A stretch of 64,000 nucleotides of DNA from Bdellovibrionales bacterium (GTDB lineage: Bacteria > Bdellovibrionota > Bdellovibrionia > Bdellovibrionales > JAUICD01), in contig OZ241865.1 in NCBI GenBank assembly GCA_965203275.1, positions 288,001-352,000 of the forward strand, read 5' to 3'. Position numbers and translations under genes: made by a program. The notes beneath the pieces are model-generated. The model saw nothing but the letters and a program-made list of their open reading frames with translations. It had not been told where the DNA came from and did no database searches. Below are positions 40,809 to 52,194 of the stretch, in pieces (the stretch's first letter is position 1; each line of letters begins with the position of its first letter).

Positions 40809-41138
40809 ATGGCAAATATCAAATCAGCTAAAAAAAGAGCTAGACAAAATATTGTCAGAAGAGCCAGGAACAAAAGCACTCTTCGATCTGTACGAACAGC
40901 AGAGAAAAAGCTTCTAAAAACCTTGCCATCACCAGGGGGCCATTTGCAAAAAGAATCTTCTCAATCAAGTGACACTTCTTCTCACCCTATAACAGAAATC
41001 AAAAAGCTCTTAAGGATATATACAAGCAAAATAAGTAAAGCTACTCAAAAAGGCATGATTAAAAATAAAACAGCCTCTCGTAAAATCAGTCGTCTATCTC
41101 AACGTCTTCATAACGTCTTTAGGCACACGCACTCATAA
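40809..41138 (+). CDS. rpsT: 30S ribosomal protein S20 (with internal insertion)
   Basis: MANIKSAKKRARQ...KGMIKNKTASRKISRL. Confidence 0.93.
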   Translation: MANIKSAKKRARQNIVRRARNKSTLRSVRTAEKKLLKTLPSPGGHLQKESSQSSDTSSHPITEIKKLLRIYTSKISKATQKGMIKNKTASRKISRLSQRLHNVFRHTHS

Positions 41139-41269
41139 AACAAAAGTACACTTTTGCAATCTGCATCTTTAAAGTCTAAAAATAAGCTTTTCTCTCTCAT
41201 CTACAAAAAGAAGAAGTCATTAGTTATCAGAAAATTAAAAGAAAATAATGTGATCCCAAGTGACAATCT

Positions 41270-43891
41270 TTAACTTCCACAAGACAGGCACTCTGAGCTA
41301 TCTAAAGAACAAGCCACATTTTGTACAGTAGCAGTGACATGATCACTAGCAGGTTGCTGTGTTGATGCCACCACCGAAGAAGACGAATCTGTACCTGTAT
41401 AACGAGAGCCACTGATAGGCATAAGTGGTGTATTTTTAGAATGTGACATTTGATGATTTGATATTTTTTCTGAAGAGACTTTATTTATTTGTTGTAACTC
41501 TTCATAATCTACCTGATCAGATGTACGAGGCGGAGTCTGATGAGCTTGAACCTGTTTAGAGACTGTATTGTGGTTATCTAACGGATATGGTTTACTTAAT
41601 TGATTGTCTTTTTTTGCTTCTTTTTTTTGTTGTAATTCTTCTGTAAATTGAATAGCTTGTGCTGCTGCCTGTGTACGTAGATAATACATACCTGTCTTCA
41701 GTCCCATCTTCCAAGTATGAAAATGCATAGAAGTCATTTTTGCAAAGTCAGGAGTCTTTAAAAAGAGATTTAAACTTTGACTCTGATCAATAAAAGCCCC
41801 CCTCTGAGCAGCCATGTCAATAAGATCTTTTTGTGAAATCTCCCATATTGTTTTATAGAGGGCTTTAATATCACCTGGAATTTCATTGATATCTTGAATA
41901 GAACCCCCTGCAAGAATAATCTTGCTTTTAATCTGTGGATTCCAGAGATTTAAACGTATCAAATCATTCATTAAATGTTTGTTGACTACAGTAAACTCTC
42001 CAGATAGAACACGACGATTGTAAATATTAGAAGTGTAAGGTTCAATACATTCATTGTTGCCTAAAATTTGTGAGGTGGAAGCTGTAGGCATAGGAGCAAG
42101 TAATAAGCTATTTCTTAATCCATACTTTTTAATATCTGCTTTGAGTGTATCCCAATCCCACCTGTCAGAAGGCGTCACATCCCACATATCATATTGCAAA
42201 ATGCCTTTGCTTGCAGGACTGCCTTTAAAAGATTGATAAGGCTCTTGTTCTTTAGCTAGCTCCATGGAAGCTTTTAAAGCTGCAAAATAAATGGTTTCAA
42301 AAATTTCTTTATTAAGCTCTTTGGCTTTAAGAGACGTGAAAGGCAAATGAAGTAGAATAAAAACATCAGCAAGTCCTTGCACCCCAATACCAATAGGTCG
42401 ATGCCTCATATTGGATTTTTTAGCTTCTTTCACAGGATAATAGTTCAGATCAATAACTTTGTTGAGGTTCTTAGTAATTATTTGTGTTACTTCAAAGAGC
42501 TTTTGATGATCAAAATGGTCTTTATTGACGAATTTAGGTAAAGCAATAGAAGCTAGATTACAAACAGCAATTTCATCTTTTGATGTGTATTCTATGATTT
42601 CAGTGCAGAGATTACTGGATTTAATAGTACCTAAGTTGTTTTGATTGGATTTTTTATTAGCATGGTCTTTATAGAGAATATAAGGAGTTCCTGTTTCAAT
42701 TTGGGATTCTAAAATTTTAAACCACAAATGTTGTGCCTTAATGGTTTGCCTTGCCCTGCCTTCTTTTTCATATTTTAAATAAAGCTTTTCAAACGCCTCT
42801 CCATAACAATCAGCAAGGCCAGGAGACTCATTAGGACAGAAAAGAGACCAATTTTTATTTTGTTTTACCCTCTGCATAAAAAGATCAGGTACCCAAAGAG
42901 CATAAAAGAGATCTCTTCCTCTTTGTTCTTCTTTACCGTGGTTCTTCCTCAAATCTAAAAAGTGAAAAATATCAGCATGCCATGGCTCTAAATAAATAGT
43001 AAAGGCTCCTTTACGCTTGCCCCCACCTTGATCCACATATCTAGCAGTATCATTGAAAACCCTCAACATAGGGACAATACCATTCGAAGTGCCATTGGTG
43101 CCACGAATATAACTACCCGTAGCCCTGATATTATGGATGCTCAAGCCAATACCTCCAGCAGATTGCGAAATCAAGGCACAATTTTTAAGAGTCTCGTAAA
43201 TACCTTCAATACTGTCCTCTGACATAGCAAGAAGAAAACAAGAAGACATTTGAGGCTTAGGAGTCCCTGCATTAAATAATGTGGGGGATGCATGAATAAA
43301 CCACTTTTCTGAAAGTAAATTATAAGTTTCAATAGCTGCTTGAATATTCTCTCTATGAATGCCAAGAGCTACACGCATGAGCATGTGTTGAGGTCTTTCT
43401 GCAATTTGACCATCAATCTTTAAAAGATAAGACCTTTCAAGAGTTTTAAAACCAAAATAATCATAATCAAAGTCTCTATCATAAATAATAGCTGAATCTA
43501 GTTGATCTTTGTATTTCATAATGATTTCAAAAATATCATCAGCAATGAGAGAGGCTTTTTCATTGTTTTTAGCACTCACATATTTATGAAGCCTTTCCAT
43601 TGTTTTAGAAAAAGATTTTTTTGTGCATTTATGAAGATTCGAAACGGCAATTCTGGCAGCCAGTAGTGCAAAGTCAGGATGCTTGGTCGTTAAGTAAGCT
43701 GCTGTTTCAGCTGCAAGGTTGTCTAGCTCTACAGTGGTCACCCCATCATAAACTCCAGATATAACTTTCTTCGCTATCTCTATGGGGTCAACAAACTCTC
43801 TGTCTAAAGCATAACAAAGCTTTCTAATGCGAGAAGTGATTTTATCAAACTTAACAGATTCTTTCCTACCATCCCTCTTGATCACATACAT
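41270..43891 (-). CDS. nrdA: Class Ia ribonucleotide reductase alpha subunit
   Basis: ATP cone (VIKRDG), [26 protein letters not shown] and C-terminal CLSCGS. Confidence 0.96.
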   Translation of the reverse strand: MYVIKRDGRKESVKFDKITSRIRKLCYALDREFVDPIEIAKKVISGVYDGVTTVELDNLAAETAAYLTTKHPDFALLAARIAVSNLHKCTKKSFSKTMERLHKYVSAKNNEKASLIADDIFEIIMKYKDQLDSAIIYDRDFDYDYFGFKTLERSYLLKIDGQIAERPQHMLMRVALGIHRENIQAAIETYNLLSEKWFIHASPTLFNAGTPKPQMSSCFLLAMSEDSIEGIYETLKNCALISQSAGGIGLSIHNIRATGSYIRGTNGTSNGIVPMLRVFNDTARYVDQGGGKRKGAFTIYLEPWHADIFHFLDLRKNHGKEEQRGRDLFYALWVPDLFMQRVKQNKNWSLFCPNESPGLADCYGEAFEKLYLKYEKEGRARQTIKAQHLWFKILESQIETGTPYILYKDHANKKSNQNNLGTIKSSNLCTEIIEYTSKDEIAVCNLASIALPKFVNKDHFDHQKLFEVTQIITKNLNKVIDLNYYPVKEAKKSNMRHRPIGIGVQGLADVFILLHLPFTSLKAKELNKEIFETIYFAALKASMELAKEQEPYQSFKGSPASKGILQYDMWDVTPSDRWDWDTLKADIKKYGLRNSLLLAPMPTASTSQILGNNECIEPYTSNIYNRRVLSGEFTVVNKHLMNDLIRLNLWNPQIKSKIILAGGSIQDINEIPGDIKALYKTIWEISQKDLIDMAAQRGAFIDQSQSLNLFLKTPDFAKMTSMHFHTWKMGLKTGMYYLRTQAAAQAIQFTEELQQKKEAKKDNQLSKPYPLDNHNTVSKQVQAHQTPPRTSDQVDYEELQQINKVSSEKISNHQMSHSKNTPLMPISGSRYTGTDSSSSVVASTQQPASDHVTATVQNVACSLDSSECLSCGS

Positions 43892-44268
43892 AGAAAATAC
43901 CCTTCTGTTGTTTTATTTTAAAATATTAATCATCATGTTTGTTTTTTGTTTGAATTCTTAAGGTCTACTGTCATAGCATAAATGAAAAATATCTTTATAA
44001 AATTAATTTTTAAAATTATTATTATTGATTGTTTTAGAAAAATGAACACTTTTTTCTTACAAATGTCTTTCATAAAGCAATTTAATAAAGCTTAAACAAA
44101 GTTTCAATCAAAAAATGTCAATGACAAAAAATTTTAGGAATAAGGATGAATGACAAACCGTGTTAAATTTTTTGTTCAAAAGCGATTTAAAGCGATTTTC
44201 AAGAAGTTAATATAAGAATTTCTTAATTATACAATAGAATGACGCAATGCTTTTTTATTTATTTTTAC

Positions 44269-44297
44269 TAGACAACAGTCCATAGGCACCTTAAAAT
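44269..44297 (+). promoter_or_regulatory. Probable sigma70 promoter of dppA
   Basis: TAGACA-N17-TAAAAT upstream of the ATG at 44353. Confidence 0.5.
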
Positions 44298-44352
44298 ATA
44301 ATAAGGTTGAGAGTATCAAAAACGTTGAGAGTACTAAAAAAGGGGGGAGGAT

Positions 44353-46068
44353 ATGCTTTTTAACTCAAAAAATGCACAAGACGTGCTATTTAAATCCAAA
44401 CATTTTTTAAAATCATCAATACCAACATTTTTATTTTTAGTAATTCCACTGCTAGTTGCCTGCACTCAAAGACAACAAACCCAAGAACAAGAAGCCACAA
44501 ATGGACAACAAGCCACTCAAAATAAAGCAACAGAAAAAATCTTTACATACTGCTCCGAAGGTTCTCCTAGCACATTAAATCCACAAATGGCATCAGATGG
44601 TAGTTCATTTACTGCTACTCGACCTATTTATAATCGCCTTTTTGATTACGAGAACGGCACAACTAATATGATTCCTAGTTTGCTTGAAAAATGGGATGAA
44701 AAAAAGGGAGTAACTCCTGATGGTTTGCAATACACATTTGAACTCAAAAAAGATGTGTCATTTCATACGACACCCTATTTTACCCCTACCAGGACGCTGA
44801 ATGCAGATGACATTATTTTTTCTTTTAAAAGGCAAATAGATCCCAAACATCCTTATCATAAGGTGAATGGAGGGATTTATCAATACGCTAATTCCACGGG
44901 TATAAATAATATCATTAAAGATATTGTCAAAATAGATGAACATAAAGTAAAGTTTATTCTCTCTCAACCCAATGCTGTTTTTACTGCTTTTCTAGCTATG
45001 GATTTTGCAGCTATTTTTTCTAAAGAGTATGCTGATGAGCTTCTTGAAGCTAAAACGCCAGAAAAAATAGACAATCAACCTATTGGTACAGGTCCTTTTG
45101 TACTTAATGAATATATCAAAGATAACCTCATTCGCTATAAAGCCCACCCTCATTACTTCGACCAAAAAGGCAATATTGATACACTTATTTTTGCTATCAC
45201 AACTGACGCTAGTGTCAGATTACAAAAGCTTAAAAATAACGAGTGTCAGCTTATGACTTATCCTGACCCTGCAGATCTCAACACAATTAAAAATGATAAA
45301 AACTTAACACTCCTTGAAGCTCAAGGTATGAACGTAGGTTATTTAACTATTAATGTGAAGAAAGAACCATTTGATAACAAACTTGTACGTCAAGCTTTAA
45401 ATCATGCCTTAAATAAAGAAGCTTATATTGCATCTATTTATTTGGGACACGCTCAAAAGGCTAGCAATATGCTCCCTCCAACAATATGGGGATATCATGA
45501 TCACCTTAAAAAATATGAATACAGTGTAGAAAAAGCAAAAGCTTTGTTAAAAAAAGCAGGAATTTCTGATGGCTTTGAGACAGACCTTTGGACTTTACCA
45601 GTTGCTAGGCCCTATCTTCCCTCTGGGAGAAGATTAGGTGAAATGATGCAAATAGATCTCTCAAAAATAGGCATACGTGTGAAATTAGTTACATTTGATT
45701 GGCCAACATATTTAGATAAAACAACTCGTGGAGAACACACTTTAGCACATCATGGATGGACGGCTGATGTACCTGATCCAGATAATTATTTCGACATACT
45801 TTTAAGTTGTGCTGCTGTTGATGGGGGACTGAATCGATCAAGATGGTGTCATAAACCTTATAGTGCATTAGTGACTCAAGCTAGAGAAATCACTCACCGT
45901 CAAAAAAGAATTGAACTCTACAGGAAGGCTCAAGAAATTTATAAAGAAGAAAGCCCAACAATCCCGATCGCTCATGCTCAACTCTACCGTGGAATGAGAA
46001 AAAATATTTCTGGTTATAAAATTTCTCCTCTAGGGCAGGATATTTTTACATATATAGACATAGAATAA
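44353..46068 (+). CDS. dppA: Dipeptide ABC transporter substrate-binding lipoprotein
   Basis: Lipobox LVAC; YCSEGSP, YFTPTR, PIGTGPF, LPVARPY. Confidence 0.9.
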   Translation: MLFNSKNAQDVLFKSKHFLKSSIPTFLFLVIPLLVACTQRQQTQEQEATNGQQATQNKATEKIFTYCSEGSPSTLNPQMASDGSSFTATRPIYNRLFDYENGTTNMIPSLLEKWDEKKGVTPDGLQYTFELKKDVSFHTTPYFTPTRTLNADDIIFSFKRQIDPKHPYHKVNGGIYQYANSTGINNIIKDIVKIDEHKVKFILSQPNAVFTAFLAMDFAAIFSKEYADELLEAKTPEKIDNQPIGTGPFVLNEYIKDNLIRYKAHPHYFDQKGNIDTLIFAITTDASVRLQKLKNNECQLMTYPDPADLNTIKNDKNLTLLEAQGMNVGYLTINVKKEPFDNKLVRQALNHALNKEAYIASIYLGHAQKASNMLPPTIWGYHDHLKKYEYSVEKAKALLKKAGISDGFETDLWTLPVARPYLPSGRRLGEMMQIDLSKIGIRVKLVTFDWPTYLDKTTRGEHTLAHHGWTADVPDPDNYFDILLSCAAVDGGLNRSRWCHKPYSALVTQAREITHRQKRIELYRKAQEIYKEESPTIPIAHAQLYRGMRKNISGYKISPLGQDIFTYIDIE

Positions 46069-46130
46069 AATTTGATTTCGATACCATAATTATAAAATAA
46101 AGCAATGAGGAAGTAATAAGGGGGATCACA

Positions 46131-47810
46131 ATGACTAGAAAACATAATTTAAAATTTTTTATTTTAATGCTTTGTCCTTTTTTAACAGTGGCTTGCACAC
46201 AGTCTTGTACGCAACAGTCTCCAGAGGAAGAAACTCAGACAACAGTACAAGGGGCCACACAAGAAACATCAAATAATACAACAGACAAAACCTTTGTGTA
46301 TTGTTCTGAAGGCTCTCCAGAGAATTTTAATCCTCAGTTAGCTACTTCTCGAACATCTGCAAATGCTGGTTACCCTGTTTACAATCGTCTTTTTGATTAC
46401 GAGCATGGGACAACAAAGATTATTCCCTCCTTAGCAGAAAAAAACTATGAAATCAATAATGAAGGTAAGGAATATATCATTCCTCTCAAGAAAAATATAA
46501 AATTTCATACCACAGAATATTTTACACCTACTAGAGATATGAACGCGGATGATGTGATCTTTTCCTTTAAAAGACAAATGGACCCCAAACATCCTTATCA
46601 TAATGTCTCTGGTGGTATATATGAAATATTTTCTTCTATGAGTATGAATAAAACCATTCAAGATATTGTAAAAATAGATGAACATAAAGTGAAATTTGTA
46701 CTCTCTCAACCAGATGCTCCCTTCCTTAACAATATAGCTTTTGGTATTGGATCCATTTTATCTAAAGAATATGCTGATAATATGCTAGAAGCTAAAACAC
46801 CTGAAAAGATAGATCACTACCCTATCGGTACAGGCCCTTTTGTTTTTGAAGATTACATTAAAGATAGTACAATTCAATATAAGGCCTTTCCTGATTATTT
46901 TGACAAAAGAGGCAATATCCAAACACTTGTTTTTGCCATCACACCTGATGCCAATGTAAGACTTCAAAAATTAAGAAACAATGAATGCCATCTGATAGCT
47001 TATCCTGACCCAGCTGATTTTGAAATTATCAAAAGAAATGAAAACCTCACTCTTTTAGAAAAATCTGGTTTAAATGTAGGCTATTTAGCTATTAATGTCA
47101 CTAAGAGACCTTTTGATAATGTCTTAGTACGTCAAGCTTTAAACCATGCCCTTAACAGGGACTCTTATATTAATGCAGTGTATTTAAACCATGCTCAAAT
47201 AGCCCACACACCTCTCCCCCCTGCTAGCTGGGGTCATAATGATCAGGTACAAAAATATGATTATAATATAGATAAAGCAAAGGCCTTGTTAAAAAAAGCA
47301 GGCTTAACAAGTGGCTTTGAAACAGATCTTTGGATTTTGCCTGTCTCTCGACCCTATATCCCCTCTAGCAGAAGACTAGGAGAAATGATGCAAAGAGATT
47401 TAGCCAAGGTCGGCATTCGTGTCAATTTAGTGACCTATGATTGGGGAACTTATCTAGATAAGTTGAGTAAAGGAGAGCATGTGTTAGCACAAATAGGATG
47501 GATTGGTGATACTCCTGACCCAGATAATTTTCTTTACACTCTTTTAAGCTGTGATGCTGTAAAAGGAGGTTCTAATAATACAAAGTGGTGTCATGTACCT
47601 TATGATGATCTTGTCAATAAAGCTAAGATTTCTACAGATACTCAAGAGAGAACTCAACTCTATAAGGAAGCTCAAATGATCTTTAGTCAACAAGTCCCCT
47701 GGGTACCACTAGCTTATGCTAAAGTTTATCGTGCTATTAGAAAAAATATATCAGGCTATCAGATAGATCCTTTAGGCCGTGCTGTTTTCACTTATGTGGA
47801 AGTTAAATAA
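46131..47810 (+). CDS. dppA: Dipeptide ABC transporter substrate-binding lipoprotein, tandem paralogue
   Basis: Lipobox TVAC; YCSEGSPENFNPQ, PIGTGPF, PDPDNF. Confidence 0.9.
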   Translation: MTRKHNLKFFILMLCPFLTVACTQSCTQQSPEEETQTTVQGATQETSNNTTDKTFVYCSEGSPENFNPQLATSRTSANAGYPVYNRLFDYEHGTTKIIPSLAEKNYEINNEGKEYIIPLKKNIKFHTTEYFTPTRDMNADDVIFSFKRQMDPKHPYHNVSGGIYEIFSSMSMNKTIQDIVKIDEHKVKFVLSQPDAPFLNNIAFGIGSILSKEYADNMLEAKTPEKIDHYPIGTGPFVFEDYIKDSTIQYKAFPDYFDKRGNIQTLVFAITPDANVRLQKLRNNECHLIAYPDPADFEIIKRNENLTLLEKSGLNVGYLAINVTKRPFDNVLVRQALNHALNRDSYINAVYLNHAQIAHTPLPPASWGHNDQVQKYDYNIDKAKALLKKAGLTSGFETDLWILPVSRPYIPSSRRLGEMMQRDLAKVGIRVNLVTYDWGTYLDKLSKGEHVLAQIGWIGDTPDPDNFLYTLLSCDAVKGGSNNTKWCHVPYDDLVNKAKISTDTQERTQLYKEAQMIFSQQVPWVPLAYAKVYRAIRKNISGYQIDPLGRAVFTYVEVK

Positions 47811-48153
47811 AATTAAGCTTTGAAAGTGCTACCAAAGCACTCAGTGAAATGATCAATAAAGAACCTAATTTGATAGTCATTCTAAGTTCTAATTTGGAAA
47901 TAGACTCTTTGATTTTTATAATTTCTTTTTCTAGTACTTTAATATCTCTTTTAATTTCTTGATTGCTATTTTCCAGTAATTTAATATGATTTTCCAATAA
48001 TTTAATATGATTTGTGATATCTAGAATGTCTCTTTTAGTAGCTAAATCAGACTCAATGATCTCATGTAGAATGCGAACTTGTGCCTTTGCCTGTTGATCA
48101 GGTACACCGGCAATTCTTAAATCTTCTACATGTTTTAGTGCATTAAAACCCAT
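47803..48153 (-). CDS. DUF1640/CCDC90-like coiled-coil protein (short paralogue of 714-1526)
   Basis: MGFNALKHVEDLRIAGVPDQQAKAQ head and near-identical C-terminal anchor; start reassigned by alignment to the paralogue. Confidence 0.78.
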   Translation of the reverse strand: MGFNALKHVEDLRIAGVPDQQAKAQVRILHEIIESDLATKRDILDITNHIKLLENHIKLLENSNQEIKRDIKVLEKEIIKIKESISKLELRMTIKLGSLLIISLSALVALSKLNFI

Positions 48154-48385
48154 AGTTACGAATATATCATAAGATATATCTATAAACAAGCATTTTTTAC
48201 TGTTTTTTATGCTTTTTTATGTATTTTATATTTTTGATAACCCTCATTTATATATGTAGCATAAGTATATTTTTTATCCTCAGGATATTTTGTAGAAGCT
48301 TAAATTTTATTTTTTAATTTTTTCACATTTGTGTCGATAAGACATTAAGATATTCAAATAAAATAATCCATATAAAGGATAAAAA

Positions 48386-49489
48386 ATGAGCAATGTTTTT
48401 AGTAGTGCTGTAGATACCTTTTTAGAACCTATTGCTGATCTGTTAGACAATGAGAGCGTCACAGAAGTGATGATCAATGGACCTTACGAAATTTTTATAG
48501 AAAAATCAGGTAAAGTCCATAAGGTTAAAAATCAATTTCCTAATGAAGATGCTCTCTTAGCAGCTATCAACAATATAGCACAAAGCGTAGGTCGAGTGAT
48601 TGACCATGAAAATCCAACCTTAGATGCCCGCTTGCCTCCACCTAAAAACTATCGCATACATGCTGTCATCCCACCTTGTGCTAGGAATGGCACGACCATA
48701 GCTATTCGTAAAGCTTCGAAAGTTCAAATGACCCTCAAAGATTATATTCGTTTTAAAGCTTTGACACCTGATGTGGCTCAATTTCTTGACCTTTCTGTTT
48801 TTTTGGGAAAGAACTGCCTCATCAGTGGCGGAACAGGATCAGGTAAGACAACACTTTTAGGCATTCTAGCAGGTCGTATTCCTAAGGGCCAGAGAGTGAT
48901 TGTGATTGAAGATTCTTCAGAGCTTTCAGTAGAATACGAACATGTTGTTTTTTTTGAAACAAAAATGGCAGATGAAGATGGCAAAGGGGAAGTCAGCATT
49001 CGAGACCTTCTTAAAAGTAGTCTGAGGTTAAGGCCTGATCGTATTATTGTAGGGGAGGTGAGAGGCGGAGAGGCACTTGAACTGATCAGTGCTATGAATA
49101 CAGGACATAAAGGTTGTTTTGGTACAATCCATTCAAATTCTCCAGCTGATGCCCTGGTGAGATTAGAAGCCCTTGCTATGGGAACAGATGCTAAAATTAG
49201 TGAAAAGGCTCTTGGACAGCAAATTGGTTCAGCCATTGATCTGGTGGTGCAAATATCTCGGTTTTCTGATGGGAGCCGACGCATTCACAGTGTAGCCGAG
49301 GTGCTTAATTATGATGCTAAAGGATTTTACAACCTTCGCACTATTTATGAACTAACCAATATGGCAAAAGGAGAGGACGGTCGATTGGTCGGTGAAATTC
49401 AACCTACAGGTATAATCCCCTCTTACATGCATGAGATTGAAGCAAATCGTATCCCCTTCCCCCGAAACAAATTTAAAAAAGTAGCCTAA
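48386..49489 (+). CDS. cpaF: CpaF/TadA-family (Flp/Tad pilus) secretion ATPase
   Basis: EVMING, GGTGSGKTT, IEDSSEL, LRLRPDRIIVGEVRG, MNTGH. Confidence 0.9.
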   Translation: MSNVFSSAVDTFLEPIADLLDNESVTEVMINGPYEIFIEKSGKVHKVKNQFPNEDALLAAINNIAQSVGRVIDHENPTLDARLPPPKNYRIHAVIPPCARNGTTIAIRKASKVQMTLKDYIRFKALTPDVAQFLDLSVFLGKNCLISGGTGSGKTTLLGILAGRIPKGQRVIVIEDSSELSVEYEHVVFFETKMADEDGKGEVSIRDLLKSSLRLRPDRIIVGEVRGGEALELISAMNTGHKGCFGTIHSNSPADALVRLEALAMGTDAKISEKALGQQIGSAIDLVVQISRFSDGSRRIHSVAEVLNYDAKGFYNLRTIYELTNMAKGEDGRLVGEIQPTGIIPSYMHEIEANRIPFPRNKFKKVA

Positions 49490-49752
49490 TCTAAAAAAAA
49501 ACAATCTCATTTTTGAAAACATCTCTTAAGCTTATTTATAAAGTATATACTTGATTATTATTTTTGCTCTTAAAGACTTAAAAATACTATAGAAGTTAAA
49601 CAAACATACATCCTTCCATGAATAGAATCTATTTTCAGCAGAGAAAGAAACATATCAAAGTTCTATATTGCATTATTTTGATGGAAAATAAACCCTGTTT
49701 TTACTTGATCTTTTATTTGATTTATATGTAGATAGTTATAAATGGAGGCTTT

Positions 49753-51117
49753 ATGAAAAATCTTCCACCTTTTAAAATTAAAATGGTAGAGAGCATTACC
49801 TTACCTCCCTTAGAGGTAAGAGAAGACAGACTTAAGAATGCTTATTTGAATATGTTTTTAATACCTGCCAAAGATGTTTATATTGATCTTCTGACAGATA
49901 GTGGCACAAGTGCTATGAGTGATCGACAATGGAGTCATTTACTTTTAGGTGATGAGTCCTATGCGGGTTCTCAAAGTTTTTATCATTTTCAAAAAGTTGC
50001 TCAAAAACTTTTTGGCCATGAATATATCATCCCTACTCATCAAGGCAGAGGAGCAGAGCATATATTCTTTTCTACATTGATAGAAAAACCTCACGTTATT
50101 ATTCCTAATAATACACATTTTGACACCACAAGAGCCAATATTGAACAACTTGGAGGTATCGCCTTAGATTTTCCATGCAAAGAAGCATTAGATATAAGTA
50201 AGCCCTATCCCTTTAAAGGTAATATGGATTTAGAAAAGTTAGAAAAGATCATTAAAGAGAAAGGCAAGGAATGCATCCCTTTTGTGATGATGACAATTAC
50301 AAACAATGCTGGTGGAGGACAACCTGCTAGCTTAGAAAACATGAAGGCTGTTAAGAAAATTTTAGATAAATATAAAATAGCATTTTTCTTAGATGCGTGT
50401 CGTTTTGCTGAAAACTGTTATTTCATTCAACAAAGAGAATCAGGATACAACAACAAATCCATCAGAGAAATTGCATTAGAAGTATTTGCTTTAAGTGATG
50501 GCTGTATTATGTCAGGGAAAAAAGACGCCCTTACAAATATTGGCGGATTTATCACTTTAAAAAAGAACAACCTCTTAAAAAAGCAATTGTTTCAGGCTCT
50601 CTGTGATCAGTTAATTTTGTGTGAAGGCTTTAGAACCTATGGAGGACTAGCTGGAAGGGACTTAGAAGCTATGGCTCAAGGTTTACAAGAGGTTGTAGAA
50701 AAGGATTATTTATCTTACCGAATAGGGCAAGTTGAAATGTTAAGCGATATGTTAAGTCAGGAAGGTATTTCTATTATGAAGCCTTCTGGAGGGCATGCTG
50801 TCTATGTGGATGCTTCTCATTTTTTGCCACATATTCTAAAAGAACACTTCCCAGGGCAGGCTCTTGTGATAGCTCTTTATCGTGATTTTGGTATTCGAGC
50901 TGTAGAAATTGGATCTGTGATGTTCCCCAACCCTCCTCCTCGGTTAGAGTTAGTTAGGTTAGCCATTCCCCGCAGGGTTTACAGCAATGATCAAATAAGG
51001 TATGTAGGAGAAGCTTTATGTCAACTGTACCACAAAAAAGATCAAATAACAGGTGTGAAGATTATAGAACAGCCACCTTTTCTAAGGCATTTCACTGCTA
51101 AGTTTGCCTCACTTTAA
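49753..51117 (+). CDS. tnaA: Tryptophanase (beta-eliminating lyase)
   Basis: DLLTDSGT, GDESYAGS, PLP lysine in MSGKKD; GIRAVEIGS and LRHFTA favour tryptophanase over tyrosine phenol-lyase. Confidence 0.85.
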   Translation: MKNLPPFKIKMVESITLPPLEVREDRLKNAYLNMFLIPAKDVYIDLLTDSGTSAMSDRQWSHLLLGDESYAGSQSFYHFQKVAQKLFGHEYIIPTHQGRGAEHIFFSTLIEKPHVIIPNNTHFDTTRANIEQLGGIALDFPCKEALDISKPYPFKGNMDLEKLEKIIKEKGKECIPFVMMTITNNAGGGQPASLENMKAVKKILDKYKIAFFLDACRFAENCYFIQQRESGYNNKSIREIALEVFALSDGCIMSGKKDALTNIGGFITLKKNNLLKKQLFQALCDQLILCEGFRTYGGLAGRDLEAMAQGLQEVVEKDYLSYRIGQVEMLSDMLSQEGISIMKPSGGHAVYVDASHFLPHILKEHFPGQALVIALYRDFGIRAVEIGSVMFPNPPPRLELVRLAIPRRVYSNDQIRYVGEALCQLYHKKDQITGVKIIEQPPFLRHFTAKFASL

Positions 51118-51146
51118 AATATCTTCTTTCATATTACTGTCCGTAT

Positions 51147-51389
51147 CTATGTATTTAATTTTATAATAGTGAAAGTTTCTATCAAAGGGTTATGTAGAAT
51201 ATCACGGGCTATTTTTTCGACTTGTTGATAAGAGGTATCAGGACTTTCTTCTTGCACGTCTAAAATGATATATTTGCCTATTTGACAATTTTGAACTTTA
51301 AACCCTTCATGTTGAAGAGCCTGCAAAACAGCCCTTCCTTTAGAGTCTAAAACCTCTGGCTTAGGTAAAATATGCACACCCCATTTCAT
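51147..51389 (-). CDS. purS: Phosphoribosylformylglycinamidine synthase subunit PurS
   Basis: PKPEVLDSKG, IGKYI, LHNPLIE; follows purC. Confidence 0.9.
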   Translation of the reverse strand: MKWGVHILPKPEVLDSKGRAVLQALQHEGFKVQNCQIGKYIILDVQEESPDTSYQQVEKIARDILHNPLIETFTIIKLNT

Positions 51390-51417
51390 TTTATAAACTC
51401 CTATAATCTACAAACAT

Positions 51418-52155
51418 CTAAGATATTTTTTGCAAACGATCTAATATTATTTGATAGCCAAGCTGAACGTCCCCTAAGTCAAAACGAAAGCGATCCTTAT
51501 CAAGTTTTTCATTTGTTTTGATATCCCAAATACGACATGTATCAGGTGAAATTTCATCTCCTAGCATAATATCACTTGCCTGTCCTATTCCAAACTCTAA
51601 TTTAAAATCCACTAAATGAAATCCTGCTAAAGTAAATACCTTTATTAAATGCTTGTTGATTTCTAAAGCCATCTTTTTGAGGGTTTGTAGTGTGGATGAA
51701 TCTGTTGCCTTTAAAAGCAAGGCATGGTCTTCGTTGATTAAAGGGTCTTTTAGTGAGTCTGATTTAAAATAGAGTTCAATGAGCGGAGGGTTTATATCCT
51801 TGCCTTCTTTAAGACCTAAGCGTTTTTTAAGAGAGCCTGCGACTTTATTCCTCACAACGACTTCTAAAGGGATCATTTTTAACTTTTGTGTTAAAAGCAT
51901 AGTATTTTGTTCTGTTATAAAATGTGTTGTTAGCCCTTGTTTTTGAAGATATTTAAAGAGCATGCAAGATATGGTATGATTTAAGAGGCCTTTATTTTTT
52001 AAAGTGGTTTTTTTTTCTCCATTAAAAGCTGTGAGACTATCTTTAAATTCTTGTAAAACAAGGTTGGGTTGATCTATCACCTGATAGATGCGTTTGGCCT
52101 TGCCTTCATAAAGTAAACAGCCTTTTTGAATATTTTGATAAGACATCTTTGTCAT
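51418..52155 (-). CDS. purC: SAICAR synthetase
   Basis: LYEGKAK, IPLEVVVRN, DFKLEFG, DEISPDTCR; start trimmed because the ORF-track start lies in a repeat. Confidence 0.94.
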   Translation of the reverse strand: MTKMSYQNIQKGCLLYEGKAKRIYQVIDQPNLVLQEFKDSLTAFNGEKKTTLKNKGLLNHTISCMLFKYLQKQGLTTHFITEQNTMLLTQKLKMIPLEVVVRNKVAGSLKKRLGLKEGKDINPPLIELYFKSDSLKDPLINEDHALLLKATDSSTLQTLKKMALEINKHLIKVFTLAGFHLVDFKLEFGIGQASDIMLGDEISPDTCRIWDIKTNEKLDKDRFRFDLGDVQLGYQIILDRLQKIS

Positions 52156-52194
52156 AATATAGGTTATATAATCAATTAAAAGACAAATGACAAT

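Noticed and set aside
48778..49284. 168-aa antisense ORF and the other short ORFs nested in long genes
   Set aside because: They lie within well-supported genes (cpaF, fusA, rpsA, nrdA, sucB, glyA, dppA and others) and show no motifs.
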